NCBI GenBank assembly: GCA_963803145.1 | Contig: CAWDLW010000020.1 | Coordinates: 153,515 to 217,514 of the forward strand | DNA: 64,000 bases | Source: Methanotrichaceae archaeon | Lineage (GTDB): Archaea > Halobacteriota > Methanosarcinia > Methanotrichales > Methanotrichaceae | Direction: 5' to 3' | Shown: positions 10,213 to 20,149 of the stretch, in pieces | Numbering within the stretch: position 1 is the first letter of the stretch | Layout of the letters: each line of letters opens with the position of its first letter | Notes under the pieces: model-generated | What the model was told of the DNA's origin: nothing | Seen by the model: the letters and a program-made list of their open reading frames with translations, nothing else | The model's database searches: none | Made by a program: the position numbers and the translations under genes

Positions 10213-10357
10213 AGCCCCGATCCTTATAATCCTAGACCTGCCAGCCTGCGGCTTTCAAAGGGTCATCGATCTTCTGGCGTGCCAGCTCCCCTGGCGTAAT
10301 TGGGTTTTCCTTTTACTGGCCATCTTTATTAATAATGTATCCACTTGGAAGAAAAGC

Positions 10358-11350
10358 ATGCTCATCCTCAGCGCAGGCGACGTCCGCCAGGCCCTGCCCA
10401 TGGCCCAGGCTATTGAGGCCATGAAGCGCTCCTTCGCAGCATTATCCTCAGGCAGAGCTAAAGTGCCATTGAGATCAAAGCTCGAGATCGGCCCTTATGA
10501 GGGCACCAGCCTATTCATGCCCGCTTTCGTGCAGGATGAAGACGATATGGCTCTGGCAGTAAAGGCCGTATCTGTGTATCCCCGCAATGCCAAATCTGAG
10601 GTTCCTGTCGTGAATGCGGCCGTTCTAGTGCTTGAGCCATCCACAGGCCAGCCCATTGCCCTGGTGGAGGGCAGATCTCTCACTGCCATCCGCACCGGCG
10701 CAGCATCCGGGGCTGCCACAGATCTGCTCTCAAGGAAGGACTGCCATGTGGCGGCTTTAATTGGTGCAGGAACTCAGGGAAAAGCCCAGCTTGAGGCTAT
10801 ATGCACCGTGCGCTCTATCGCCACATGCTGGATATATGATATCGATACAGCCAGGGCCAGGGCATTCATATCCGAGATGAAACGCAAAGGCGGCCCTGTG
10901 CCATCGGACCTTCGCCTGGCACAAAGTCCCGGCCAGGCGGTGTCTGGAGCTGATATAATCTGCACTGCAACCACGTCTCGGCAGCCAGTCTTTGATGATA
11001 CCGATGTGAGACCAGGCGTGCACATAAACGGGATCGGTTCTTTCACCTCCGAGATGAGCGAGGTGCCGCCGGAGACTGTAGCCCGCGCCACAGTTGTGGT
11101 GGATTCGAGAGATGCAGCCATGGCAGAGGCGGGGGATCTGATAAAGCCCATTCACCAAGGCATGTTTGGGCCTGAAAAAATAGATGCTGAGCTTGGCGAG
11201 ATAGTGCTGGAAGTGAAGCCGGGACGGATATATAAGGGCCAGATAACGTTCTTCAAATCAGTGGGCGTGGCTTCTCAGGATGCAACCGCAGCCAGCCTCG
11301 CTTTGAGAAACGCTCTGGATATGGGCCTGGGACATGAAGTGGATTGGTAG
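10358..11350 (+). CDS. Ornithine cyclodeaminase/mu-crystallin family protein
   Basis: LTAIRTGAASG, IGAGTQG and FFKSVGVASQD motifs. Confidence 0.9.
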   Translation: MLILSAGDVRQALPMAQAIEAMKRSFAALSSGRAKVPLRSKLEIGPYEGTSLFMPAFVQDEDDMALAVKAVSVYPRNAKSEVPVVNAAVLVLEPSTGQPIALVEGRSLTAIRTGAASGAATDLLSRKDCHVAALIGAGTQGKAQLEAICTVRSIATCWIYDIDTARARAFISEMKRKGGPVPSDLRLAQSPGQAVSGADIICTATTSRQPVFDDTDVRPGVHINGIGSFTSEMSEVPPETVARATVVVDSRDAAMAEAGDLIKPIHQGMFGPEKIDAELGEIVLEVKPGRIYKGQITFFKSVGVASQDATAASLALRNALDMGLGHEVDW

Positions 11351-11377
11351 CCAGCAATAAACCCTAATCATATTGAT

Positions 11378-14152
11378 CTATCCTGCCAGCGCCTCATTCA
11401 TCTCATCCATGATCTTCCCAAACTCCTGCCCAAACAGCTTGTAAGCCCTCACCGGCCCGCCATGCTCATAAAATGGCGCAAGCTCCAGATCATCCATGCC
11501 GATAGCAAGGCTGGTGGCTATGTGATCCTTAATCATCTCCAGCCATTCATTTTGCTCTGTCGTAAACTTATGGCCGTTTCCTTCCTGCTCAGAGAGCCAG
11601 GCATCAAACCTCTCGTTCACAATCTCCGGAAATGGCCTAAGTTCCTGGCTCTCTCCAATGGCGAACCTCACCAGCGAGATTATGTTGGTGAGCATCTTCT
11701 GCGGCCCGGCATCCTTTACCTTCGACCTCTCAAGCTGCTCATAAGCCTGCCATACCAGATCGGGCGCGAGGTTGTATGGCGGCCTTTGGATGGCCTCAGA
11801 AAGCTGCTTGATCTGCTCATAAGTGAGATGTCGCTGGCCATAGGGCTTGCTGTAGATGATCTGCAGAGCGGTCAGCTCATCTTTGTTATCATCGATGAAC
11901 TGCCTGAAGCTGCTTGTGAGCTCGCTTGCCCGTTCCATCGCTCGGGAGCCGCCTCCCGCAAACAGAACCCTATCCTTGGATAGCTCATCGATGATCTGCT
12001 CGTTCTTCTTTTTGATATCGATCAGAGCATTCCTGAACTTTGGGTCATCAAATGGCAGACATGCAGCCTTGGCCAGCTCCTTGGTAGCCTTCTTGATCTG
12101 TTCCTCAGTAGGTTTTTCTGTCTTGAAGATCTCACTGGCCTTTGCCTGCTGCTTATCGGGATCGACAGCGTCCAGCAAGCTGTTCATTATCTGCTTGAGC
12201 GGCCTTCCACCCGCAGCTTTTGTCAGGTCTTCACGATCCTTCTGGCCGAGCTCCCTGTCAAACCTGGCAAGCCTGCCGGCTAACGTAGTAAGTGTTTTCT
12301 CGTTTCTCACACCCAGCGCGACAGATTTTACAAGCCTCTCGAAGGAAACGTTCTTCTTGCGCTCCAGCGGTCTTGTGTCGGTCTTGTCACGCTCGCAAAC
12401 TCCTACGGCATCCACAATGACAAAGTGAGTCTTGTTAAAGGCGTCAGGCGTCACAGCCCTGAAATCCGTCTGGGAAATTGTTCTTGTGCCCCGACCCTTC
12501 ATCTGCTCGAAATATACCTGGGATTTGACATCCCTCATGAAAATCAGGCACTCCAGGGGCTTAATGTCCGTGCCGGTTGATATCATGTCAACGGTGACTG
12601 CTATTCGAGGGTTGTAGGAGTTCCGGAAACTGGCTATCAAGTTGCTGGGCTTCTCCTGCGTTCGATAGGTGATCTTCTTGCAGAAATCGTTCCCCTTGCC
12701 GAACTCCTCTCGGATGATCCTGACTATATCCTCGGCATGTGAATCATCCTTGGCAAAGATGAGCGTCTTGGGAACTTCTGTCCTTTCAGGAAATATTTCG
12801 GGCAGCTTATCCTTGAATGTTCGGATAACAGTCCTGATCTGGTCTGTGGATACAACATCACGGTCAAGCTGCCTGGCGGTATACTCGAAGTCCTCATCGA
12901 GCATCTCCCAGCGCTTCTTCCTGGTCAGCTTATCCCGGATATCGATGTAGTAACCAGCCTCAACCTTGCTGCCCTTCTCAGAGATCTCAGTCTGAATCCG
13001 ATATACCTCATATCCCACATTGACACCATCAGCGACCGCCCTCTCATGGTTGTACTCCATCACCAGATTCTGATTGAAGAATCCTAAGGTCTGCTTGGAT
13101 GGCGTGGCAGTCATGCCGACCAGAAAGGCATCGAAATACTCCAGCACCTGGCGCCAGAGGTTGTAAATGGACCGATGGCATTCATCTGTGATCACAAAAT
13201 CGAAGGTTTCAATGGGTATTTGCGGGTTGTAGGAGATCTCAACCGGGCGGTCGCCTATCGGCGTTACATCAAAGAGCGACTGATCCTCGATCTGCGGGTC
13301 CAGGTCCGCCTCGCCCCTGAGCATGGAGTAAAGCCTCTGAATTGTTGTAATGCATACACGGCTCACAGGATCAAAGGTGTTTGAGGTTAGATGCTGAACG
13401 TTGTAAAGTTCAGTGAACTTTCTGCCGTCATCAGGCGTAACATATTGTTTGAACTCTGTTAAAGCCTGCTCCCCTAAGGTCTTCCTGTCCACCAGAAAAA
13501 GAATGCGCCTAGCGTTGGCGAACTTGATCAGCCTATAGATGAAGCTCACTGCTGCAAACGTTTTTCCGCTGCCGGTCGCCATCTGTATGAGCGCCCTGGG
13601 CTTGGCTTCGGCAAAGGATTTCTCTAAGTTCGAGACTGCCTCGATCTGGCATTCTCTTAAGTTGCCAATCATCAGGTCGGGCAGGTCTCTCAGCCTCGAC
13701 CTCAGAGTATCCTCCTCCGAAAGCCATTCTGCAAAGGTCTCAGGCTTATGGAATGCGAACGTTCTGCGAGAACGCGGTTCTGGATCTCTCAGATCCACAA
13801 AGAAAGTCTCAGCGCCCGTGCTCTCATACCCAAATGGAAGTGGATCATGAACATGTGGGATCTCATCCGGCAGACTGGTTAGGTAGCCGCCTGTCTGCTC
13901 TTCAACGCCGCTTAGTGTGATACCTTTGGGTTTGGCCTCGATTGCTCCGATGGCCTCACGGTCTATAAAAAGAAGGTAATCTGCAAAACCAGATTCCAGA
14001 GGAAACTCACGAACAGCAATTCCTAATGATGATCCCAGATTCAGGTCGTTATAATCCTGGATCTGCCAGCCAGCATCCAACAGATGTCGATCAATCTCCT
14101 TGCGGGCTTCCTCCTCTGGGGTCATGATGTTAAGCCCTGTTGTAACAACCAT
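11378..14152 (-). CDS. hsdR: Type I restriction endonuclease subunit R
   Basis: ADYLLF...IEAK nuclease motif, MATGSGKT Walker A, DECHRS, QMKGRGTR. Confidence 0.95.
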   Translation of the reverse strand: MVVTTGLNIMTPEEEARKEIDRHLLDAGWQIQDYNDLNLGSSLGIAVREFPLESGFADYLLFIDREAIGAIEAKPKGITLSGVEEQTGGYLTSLPDEIPHVHDPLPFGYESTGAETFFVDLRDPEPRSRRTFAFHKPETFAEWLSEEDTLRSRLRDLPDLMIGNLRECQIEAVSNLEKSFAEAKPRALIQMATGSGKTFAAVSFIYRLIKFANARRILFLVDRKTLGEQALTEFKQYVTPDDGRKFTELYNVQHLTSNTFDPVSRVCITTIQRLYSMLRGEADLDPQIEDQSLFDVTPIGDRPVEISYNPQIPIETFDFVITDECHRSIYNLWRQVLEYFDAFLVGMTATPSKQTLGFFNQNLVMEYNHERAVADGVNVGYEVYRIQTEISEKGSKVEAGYYIDIRDKLTRKKRWEMLDEDFEYTARQLDRDVVSTDQIRTVIRTFKDKLPEIFPERTEVPKTLIFAKDDSHAEDIVRIIREEFGKGNDFCKKITYRTQEKPSNLIASFRNSYNPRIAVTVDMISTGTDIKPLECLIFMRDVKSQVYFEQMKGRGTRTISQTDFRAVTPDAFNKTHFVIVDAVGVCERDKTDTRPLERKKNVSFERLVKSVALGVRNEKTLTTLAGRLARFDRELGQKDREDLTKAAGGRPLKQIMNSLLDAVDPDKQQAKASEIFKTEKPTEEQIKKATKELAKAACLPFDDPKFRNALIDIKKKNEQIIDELSKDRVLFAGGGSRAMERASELTSSFRQFIDDNKDELTALQIIYSKPYGQRHLTYEQIKQLSEAIQRPPYNLAPDLVWQAYEQLERSKVKDAGPQKMLTNIISLVRFAIGESQELRPFPEIVNERFDAWLSEQEGNGHKFTTEQNEWLEMIKDHIATSLAIGMDDLELAPFYEHGGPVRAYKLFGQEFGKIMDEMNEALAG

Positions 14153-14306
14153 TATTAATATTAGGCATAATCTTTAGTATGTGATACAAAATAACAATGG
14201 TAGCAGGGAGATGACTAATACCACAGGACCATAAACCAAGCTTAAGACATAATCTCTCAAAAGGCTCTTATCTGAATAGCTCATACTCATCCTGGGGATC
14301 TGGCCT

Positions 14307-15098
14307 GTGAAGTCGCTGCTGCTAAAATCGGTGCTTCTGATAATCGTATATTTCATTATCATCTCAGCTGCTATAGTGAGCTCATCAGAACCAGCAAGGG
14401 CAAGCAAAAGTCTACAAGATGCGCCGGCACATGATGGCTACAACTCTTCATATAATTCTTCATATAACAATTCCTCAATCAGTTTCGTTGGCCAAAACAA
14501 GATCGTTCAGGCTCCGACAACCATTTCTGTTGGAAGCGGTTACTATTCCTCTCATCCAATCAGCTATGGTAGTGTTATCGGTAGCCAGACCTCGATAAAG
14601 AACAAGAGATCTTCAGCTTCAATGCAGCAAGATATCAATTATGCTCATGGAGTCAATGGCCAGATGGATGTGATGGCAACAGATAGCAGCCGTAGTCGAG
14701 ATGGCTCGAAGTCCAGCGGCACCTCCACTACTCAAATGAAGGTCGATGAAAATGTTACAGAGGGCCATGTCCACATCGGAGTTCTTCAGGGAAGCGACGA
14801 TTCAAACCGAGGCACTGGATCTGATGGGACCATCAACAGCGGCACCGACCCTCTGGTTGAAGCCTGGAAAAAGCCAGCCATGGAGATCGAAGAGGACTAC
14901 ATCGGAACATATCATATCTATAAAAATATGACCATCCAGACCAGCTATAATCAGAATAAGAGAAACAACAGCTGGCTGGACTTCACTAATGGAGGTTATC
15001 CAGATATGAACTTGCCTGATCCGGTCTCTACTGATGCAGATAGTGTCTTTAACTGCAAAATTGCAAATCCCTCGAAGTTGGATGCTGAGCAGAAGTGA
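14307..15098 (+). CDS. Secreted Ser/Asn-rich hypothetical protein
   Basis: N-terminal hydrophobic leader; YNSS repeats. Confidence 0.7.
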   Translation: MKSLLLKSVLLIIVYFIIISAAIVSSSEPARASKSLQDAPAHDGYNSSYNSSYNNSSISFVGQNKIVQAPTTISVGSGYYSSHPISYGSVIGSQTSIKNKRSSASMQQDINYAHGVNGQMDVMATDSSRSRDGSKSSGTSTTQMKVDENVTEGHVHIGVLQGSDDSNRGTGSDGTINSGTDPLVEAWKKPAMEIEEDYIGTYHIYKNMTIQTSYNQNKRNNSWLDFTNGGYPDMNLPDPVSTDADSVFNCKIANPSKLDAEQK

Positions 15099-15232
15099 GA
15101 TTTTACCTTTGCAAATGCCTGAATCTTGAATAGTCCTCCTGTCGAGAGCTAAGGGGATTATTCAGAATTATGCAGCCTGGGAATAGCACAGCATATTTAA
15201 GCGATTGATGAAATCAAACATCAGGGAATGAA

Positions 15233-15583
15233 ATGAGACGACTAATGCTATTACTACTAGTTCTGCTAACGATGGCGGTTTTAGCTAATAGCCTAACAAC
15301 CGTCCATCTTAGTGGCAATGGCGGCCTAGCATTACTAAACGGCTTGACAAACAGTTCGGAAAATATGACTGATGCAAATAAAACTGGAATAAATCTTTCA
15401 ATAAGCGGGTCTTCCATTCCACTTAGCGGCAATAATGGCACTACGTTGCTAAATAATATATCAAAAGATCCTGCGAATCTATCCTTTGGGTCTACACCCC
15501 GCTCGCCTCCTCCACCTCCGACCTACGATCCTCAGTTAGAGGAAGAAATTGCGATCCTAAGGGCAAATCACGTTGGATACTGA
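15233..15583 (+). CDS. Small secreted protein, paralog of 3729-4067
   Basis: LSGNGGLALL, LSGNNGTTLL and PANLSFGSTPRSPPPPP align with the paralog. Confidence 0.75.
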   Translation: MRRLMLLLLVLLTMAVLANSLTTVHLSGNGGLALLNGLTNSSENMTDANKTGINLSISGSSIPLSGNNGTTLLNNISKDPANLSFGSTPRSPPPPPTYDPQLEEEIAILRANHVGY

Positions 15584-15611
15584 GGACATACGACCTGATG
15601 TGATGGCTATC

Positions 15612-15665
15612 ATATCGCCACGATATTGCCACGATATTGCCACGATATTGCCACGATATCGCCAT
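15612..15665. repeat. 11-bp tandem repeat ATAT(T/C)GCCACG, about 5 units
   Basis: Read directly; intergenic. Confidence 0.9.
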
Positions 15666-15890
15666 CATATCTTCCATTTATTCTCATGAGACCTGGGATT
15701 GGCTTAACGCCCCGCTCTAATCGACAGTAGCCATTTTTGGGATGCCGACTCCCTGTAGTTCACAAACTTTTGGTAGTTTCAGGCTTAAAGCAGAATTGGA
15801 TGAGTTAACTAGATAAGTGATCGGTATCTAAAAGATATAGAAAAACTTCATTCCGTCAGCATCCTAATAGCAGCGTCAGAGGCGATTTAA

Positions 15891-16778
15891 TTGGAGACAG
15901 ATCCATATCCCCAGGGCGAAAGCAAAGTTAAATGGATTTCTACTGAGTGGCTGAGCCAGCATTTGAACAGCGATGACCTCATGATCTTGGATGTCCAGCC
16001 GAACGTCCACGATTATATCATGGGCCATATCCCAGGTGCCATTTACCTGAATGAAGGGCTGCTCAGATCCGCGTGGGATCGCATGCCTGCGATGTTTGTG
16101 CTGCCTGAGAGCATCCAGCCGGTCTTTAGCCGCGCGAGCATTGATCCTAATAGGCCAGTTGTAATATACTCTGGAGCAGGCCGCTACAGTAGATGCACCG
16201 CAGGCTTGGGAGATGGCCTCGAGCAAACGATGATGGCTTACTCACTTGTTCGCTTCGGCCATAATAAAGTCTACATTCTTGACGGTGGATTAGAGAAATG
16301 GAAAGGTGAGGGCAGAGAGCTTACTAAGGTCTTTCCGAAATGGGAACCCTCGGATTTCAAAGTACAGCTGCGCAAGGAATACTTTATCGAGTATGATGAG
16401 TTCAAGAGAATAAAGGATCGAAAGGATGTGATCCTCTTTGACGCACGGCCTGCCGAGATTTATGAGGAGGGCGGCCTGTGGATTAAGAACGGCCATATTC
16501 CTGGCGCATTCAGCCTGCCTTGGAGGAGCCTGATGACCAAGGAGAACCCGAAAGCGATGAAGAGCGACGAGGAACTCCAGCAGCTTATAGGCAAATTCGA
16601 TATAACTCCAGATAAAACTCTGCTAATCTACTGTGGAACAGGACGTGAGGCAACAAATGAGTTCCTGTTCTTCAAGTTCTATAAGGGCCATGACAAGGTA
16701 AGAATCTATGAGGGATCCTTCACAGAATGGTCTTCATATCCTGAGAACCCGACTGTAACAGGAAAGAATCCGCGATAG
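15891..16778 (+). CDS. Tandem-domain rhodanese / sulfurtransferase (SseA-like)
   Basis: GHIPGA twice, catalytic YCGTG, C-terminal YEGSFTEW. Confidence 0.92.
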   Translation: METDPYPQGESKVKWISTEWLSQHLNSDDLMILDVQPNVHDYIMGHIPGAIYLNEGLLRSAWDRMPAMFVLPESIQPVFSRASIDPNRPVVIYSGAGRYSRCTAGLGDGLEQTMMAYSLVRFGHNKVYILDGGLEKWKGEGRELTKVFPKWEPSDFKVQLRKEYFIEYDEFKRIKDRKDVILFDARPAEIYEEGGLWIKNGHIPGAFSLPWRSLMTKENPKAMKSDEELQQLIGKFDITPDKTLLIYCGTGREATNEFLFFKFYKGHDKVRIYEGSFTEWSSYPENPTVTGKNPR

Positions 16779-16852
16779 ATGCGGTAGTAATGGTAGCAGT
16801 GGTTATGGTATCGATGACAGCAGTTAACCTGTAATAAAAAACCAGGTGGAAT

Positions 16853-18220
16853 ATGCTCTTCGAAAGGATTGTCTCCAAAGGGCTAGCCCACTACTCCTAC
16901 CTTTTTGGCGACAAGAACGATGCTATTGTCATCGATCCCAGACGTGATTGCGAGGCATACGTCGAGAAATCTATTGCAGAGGGCATGAGGATCAGACACA
17001 TCCTCGAAACTCACAGAAATGAGGACTACCTCATCGGATCTATCGAGATTGCCAGACGAACGGGAGCTGAAATCTGGCATGCAGACAGCCATCTGGAGTA
17101 CAAATATGGCGAAGCAGTTAAAGACGGCCAGAAATGGAAAATTGGCCGCCTGGAGATTGAAGCCATTCATGCGCCTGGCCATACTTTGGGGATGATGAAC
17201 TACCTATTGCATGATCCAGATGGAGTGCCGTGGGTGATCTTCAGCGGCGATACCCTCTTTGCAGGAGAGGTTGGACGGATCGATTTACTTGGAAAGGATA
17301 AAGAGCCTGAGATGGCAGCCATGCTCTATGACAGCATCTTTGGAAGGCTGCTTCCTCTCGGAGATGATGTGATCATCTGTCCTGCTCACGGCGCAGGCTC
17401 AGTATGCGGTGAGTCGATCGCCGAAAGACTTTGGACTACGATAGGCATAGAACGAAGGCACAATCCCCGCTTGCAGCTTAAAGATAAAGAAAAGTTTATC
17501 GCCAATCTGATGGCATCCCAGCCAGAGAGGCCGCCTTATTTCACACAGATGGAAAGGCTGAACCTCGAAGGTGCACCTCTGCCGACTCTGCCTTTGCCAA
17601 AGCCTCTTTCACCTAAAGATTTCGAGGATGCTTCAAAGGGTGCAACTATACTTGATACTCGGATGGAGCTTGGATTCGGTGCGGCTCATGTCACATATGC
17701 TCAATCAATCTGGCTGGATGGCCTGGCAAGCTTCGCCGGCTGGTTTTTGAGCTATGATAGACCAATCCTTCTGGTGAATGAGACCAACGATCCTGATGAG
17801 CAGACTAGGATTTTGACAAGATTGGGATTTGATAACCTTGCAGGCTATCTTTCAGGCGGCATGTTGAATTGGCATATGTCTGGAAAGGATAGCTGCACCA
17901 TCGGAACTATAACGGTTCAAAGATTCTGCAAGCTTTTGGATTCTAGTGAAGGTCTATGGGTCCTGGATGTCAGGAGCGATGAGGAGCTGGAGAGAGACGG
18001 CAAGATCCAGGCAGCCCATCATATCCATGTAACCCAGATACCACAACATATGGCTGAGGTTCCAAAGGATAAAACGGTGTATGTATTCTGTGGCAGCGGA
18101 ATGCGTTCGATGATTGCAGCAAGCTTTCTGCAGCGCAACGGATGGAAAGATCTGGTGGTGATATTGGGAGGAATGGCTGGATGGAGATCGAAGAGGTGTC
18201 CTATTGAACGTCAGCAGTAA
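16853..18220 (+). CDS. MBL-fold hydrolase (persulfide dioxygenase-like) fused to two rhodanese domains
   Basis: THRNEDY, PGHT, SGDTLF, PAHGAGS and C-terminal FCGSGMRS. Confidence 0.88.
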   Translation: MLFERIVSKGLAHYSYLFGDKNDAIVIDPRRDCEAYVEKSIAEGMRIRHILETHRNEDYLIGSIEIARRTGAEIWHADSHLEYKYGEAVKDGQKWKIGRLEIEAIHAPGHTLGMMNYLLHDPDGVPWVIFSGDTLFAGEVGRIDLLGKDKEPEMAAMLYDSIFGRLLPLGDDVIICPAHGAGSVCGESIAERLWTTIGIERRHNPRLQLKDKEKFIANLMASQPERPPYFTQMERLNLEGAPLPTLPLPKPLSPKDFEDASKGATILDTRMELGFGAAHVTYAQSIWLDGLASFAGWFLSYDRPILLVNETNDPDEQTRILTRLGFDNLAGYLSGGMLNWHMSGKDSCTIGTITVQRFCKLLDSSEGLWVLDVRSDEELERDGKIQAAHHIHVTQIPQHMAEVPKDKTVYVFCGSGMRSMIAASFLQRNGWKDLVVILGGMAGWRSKRCPIERQQ

Positions 18221-18276
18221 AAAGGAGCTACAAAGCTTTCTAAATCTATAGCAAAAAATATAAAAAATACAGCAAA

Positions 18277-19875
18277 TCACTCTCCATCCTCTCTAGCCAG
18301 GCGCTTATAGAGCGGCTCTTTTTTGCAGGTAACAGCGGATGGCTCCTTCTTGCCAAGACCGGCAGGCGCAAGATTGAAGACAATGGTCTTTAGATTCGTC
18401 ATTTCGTCTATGCTGTAGCCAACACCCTCACGTCCCATTCCTGAGTCCTTTATGCCGCCGAAGGGGAAGTATCCAACTCCATGGAGAGGATAATCGTTTA
18501 TGGTTACTTCACCGCACTCCAATCCTTTTGCAATATGCCACATCTTATAAAAGTTATTGGTGAAGACGCATGATTCAAGTCCATACTTCGACATCTTGGC
18601 AAATCTAAGAGCTTCTTCTTCTTTATTGAATCTCATGACCGTCACAACAGGACCGAAGGTCTCCTCCTTGGCTATCTCGGCGTAAATCGGAACATTATCC
18701 AGAACAGTAGGCTCGTAGTAGGCTTCATGATACTTTCCGCCTCTAAGAAGCTCTGCCCCGTTGTCCACAGCATTCATAACCATGGCATGAATCCGTTCAG
18801 CTGCAGCCTTGTTTATCACAGGTCCAATCGCTACAGTCTCGTCCGTCGGGTCTCCGAACTTCCATGTATCAACATCTTTGACAATTCTTTCCACCAGATC
18901 ATCCGCAATTGCCTCCATTGCCAATATAGCGCTCACAGCATCGCATCTTTGACCGGCGTATTTTAAGGATCCAAAAACACATTTATCAGCCGCCAGATCG
19001 AGATCTGCATCCTCCAGCACAAGTGCATAGCCTTTTCCGCCAAGCTCCAAGTGCAGTCTTTTCATAACAGCAAGCTGCGAAACGCGGCGACCTACTGGTG
19101 TGCTGCCTGTGAAGTTGATCATATCCAACTTCTCGTTGGTTATCAGGGCATCTCCTGTCTCATCGCCTTTGCCGGTGATTATATTCAGGCTGCCGCCAGG
19201 AACTCCTGCGCTTTCCAGAACATTCACCAGCAGAATCGCAGAAATGGGATTGGTGCTTGATGGTTTGGCTACAACGGTGTTACCTGCCAGAAGTGCAGGA
19301 GCAATCTTTGATACGGCCATATAAAGGGGATAGTTGAATGGCGTTATTGCGGCAACAACGCCCACAGGCTCACGGATAACTAAGGCAATCTTTCCGACTG
19401 TTGTTGTTGACCAATCGCCAGGCACATACTCGCCGAAGATCTTTCTGGCCTCTTCCATCGTCAACCTGAGCCTATGGATAGAAGCCTCAACTTCGCCATT
19501 GGCATCATGAGATGTCTTCCCTGCCTCAAGCTGAAGAACTCTGGCAAACTCATCTTTATGCTGCTCAAGGATGCCAGCAGCGCAGTTGAATATCTCTATG
19601 CGCTCAATTGCAGGCAGATCCCTTATACTTCTGTTCTCCTTAGCAGCATTGACCGCCTGATCTACATCGACGTGGGCGGCAAGCTGCGCCTTTGCGATAG
19701 TGCTGCCATCAATAGGCGTGTGTACATCGAATGCACTGCCATTCTCAGAGGCTTGCCACTTACCACCTATAAGCATCTTGAATGTATTTATGCTATCATT
19801 AGCATCATAAATGCCATCAAACACCCTGCTTAGCTTAAGTTCCAGTCCCTGTCCGGCCATATCATCAAACCTCAT
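18277..19875 (-). CDS. gapN: Aldehyde dehydrogenase, probably non-phosphorylating GAPDH (archaeal GAPN type)
   Basis: ITPFNYP, FTGST, LELGGK, YAGQRCDA, EETFGP and PFGGIKDSG motifs. Confidence 0.75.
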   Translation of the reverse strand: MRFDDMAGQGLELKLSRVFDGIYDANDSINTFKMLIGGKWQASENGSAFDVHTPIDGSTIAKAQLAAHVDVDQAVNAAKENRSIRDLPAIERIEIFNCAAGILEQHKDEFARVLQLEAGKTSHDANGEVEASIHRLRLTMEEARKIFGEYVPGDWSTTTVGKIALVIREPVGVVAAITPFNYPLYMAVSKIAPALLAGNTVVAKPSSTNPISAILLVNVLESAGVPGGSLNIITGKGDETGDALITNEKLDMINFTGSTPVGRRVSQLAVMKRLHLELGGKGYALVLEDADLDLAADKCVFGSLKYAGQRCDAVSAILAMEAIADDLVERIVKDVDTWKFGDPTDETVAIGPVINKAAAERIHAMVMNAVDNGAELLRGGKYHEAYYEPTVLDNVPIYAEIAKEETFGPVVTVMRFNKEEEALRFAKMSKYGLESCVFTNNFYKMWHIAKGLECGEVTINDYPLHGVGYFPFGGIKDSGMGREGVGYSIDEMTNLKTIVFNLAPAGLGKKEPSAVTCKKEPLYKRLAREDGE

Positions 19876-20075
19876 GAAGCCAACCTATATTCTATAAAAT
19901 TCATATGCAGTATTTGATTTTCTAATAGTAATAGTTGGGTTTAGTAATAAACTTTTTCTGATTGATCTAAATTACAAGATCTAGAGGCTATTTTAAGTTT
20001 GATTGTTCCAGGTTTTAGGCTGAATAGCTGTATATTTAAGAATTATAGTAGTAACAAGCAGCAATAACAAAAATC

Positions 20076-20108
20076 CCAGGATCTGAGCCGATAAGGCTTC
20101 GATCCTGG
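20076..20108 (-). terminator. Stem-loop followed by a T-tract downstream of the fasciclin gene
   Basis: CCAGGATC...GATCCTGG stem, then ATTTTTGTT on the minus strand. Confidence 0.55.
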
Positions 20109-20149
20109 AATGATATATGGATTATATTATCGATTATATTATCCTCGAC

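Noticed and set aside
11462-13850. Long plus-strand ORFs opposite hsdR (and similar antisense ORFs elsewhere)
   Set aside because: Antisense shadows of well-supported genes
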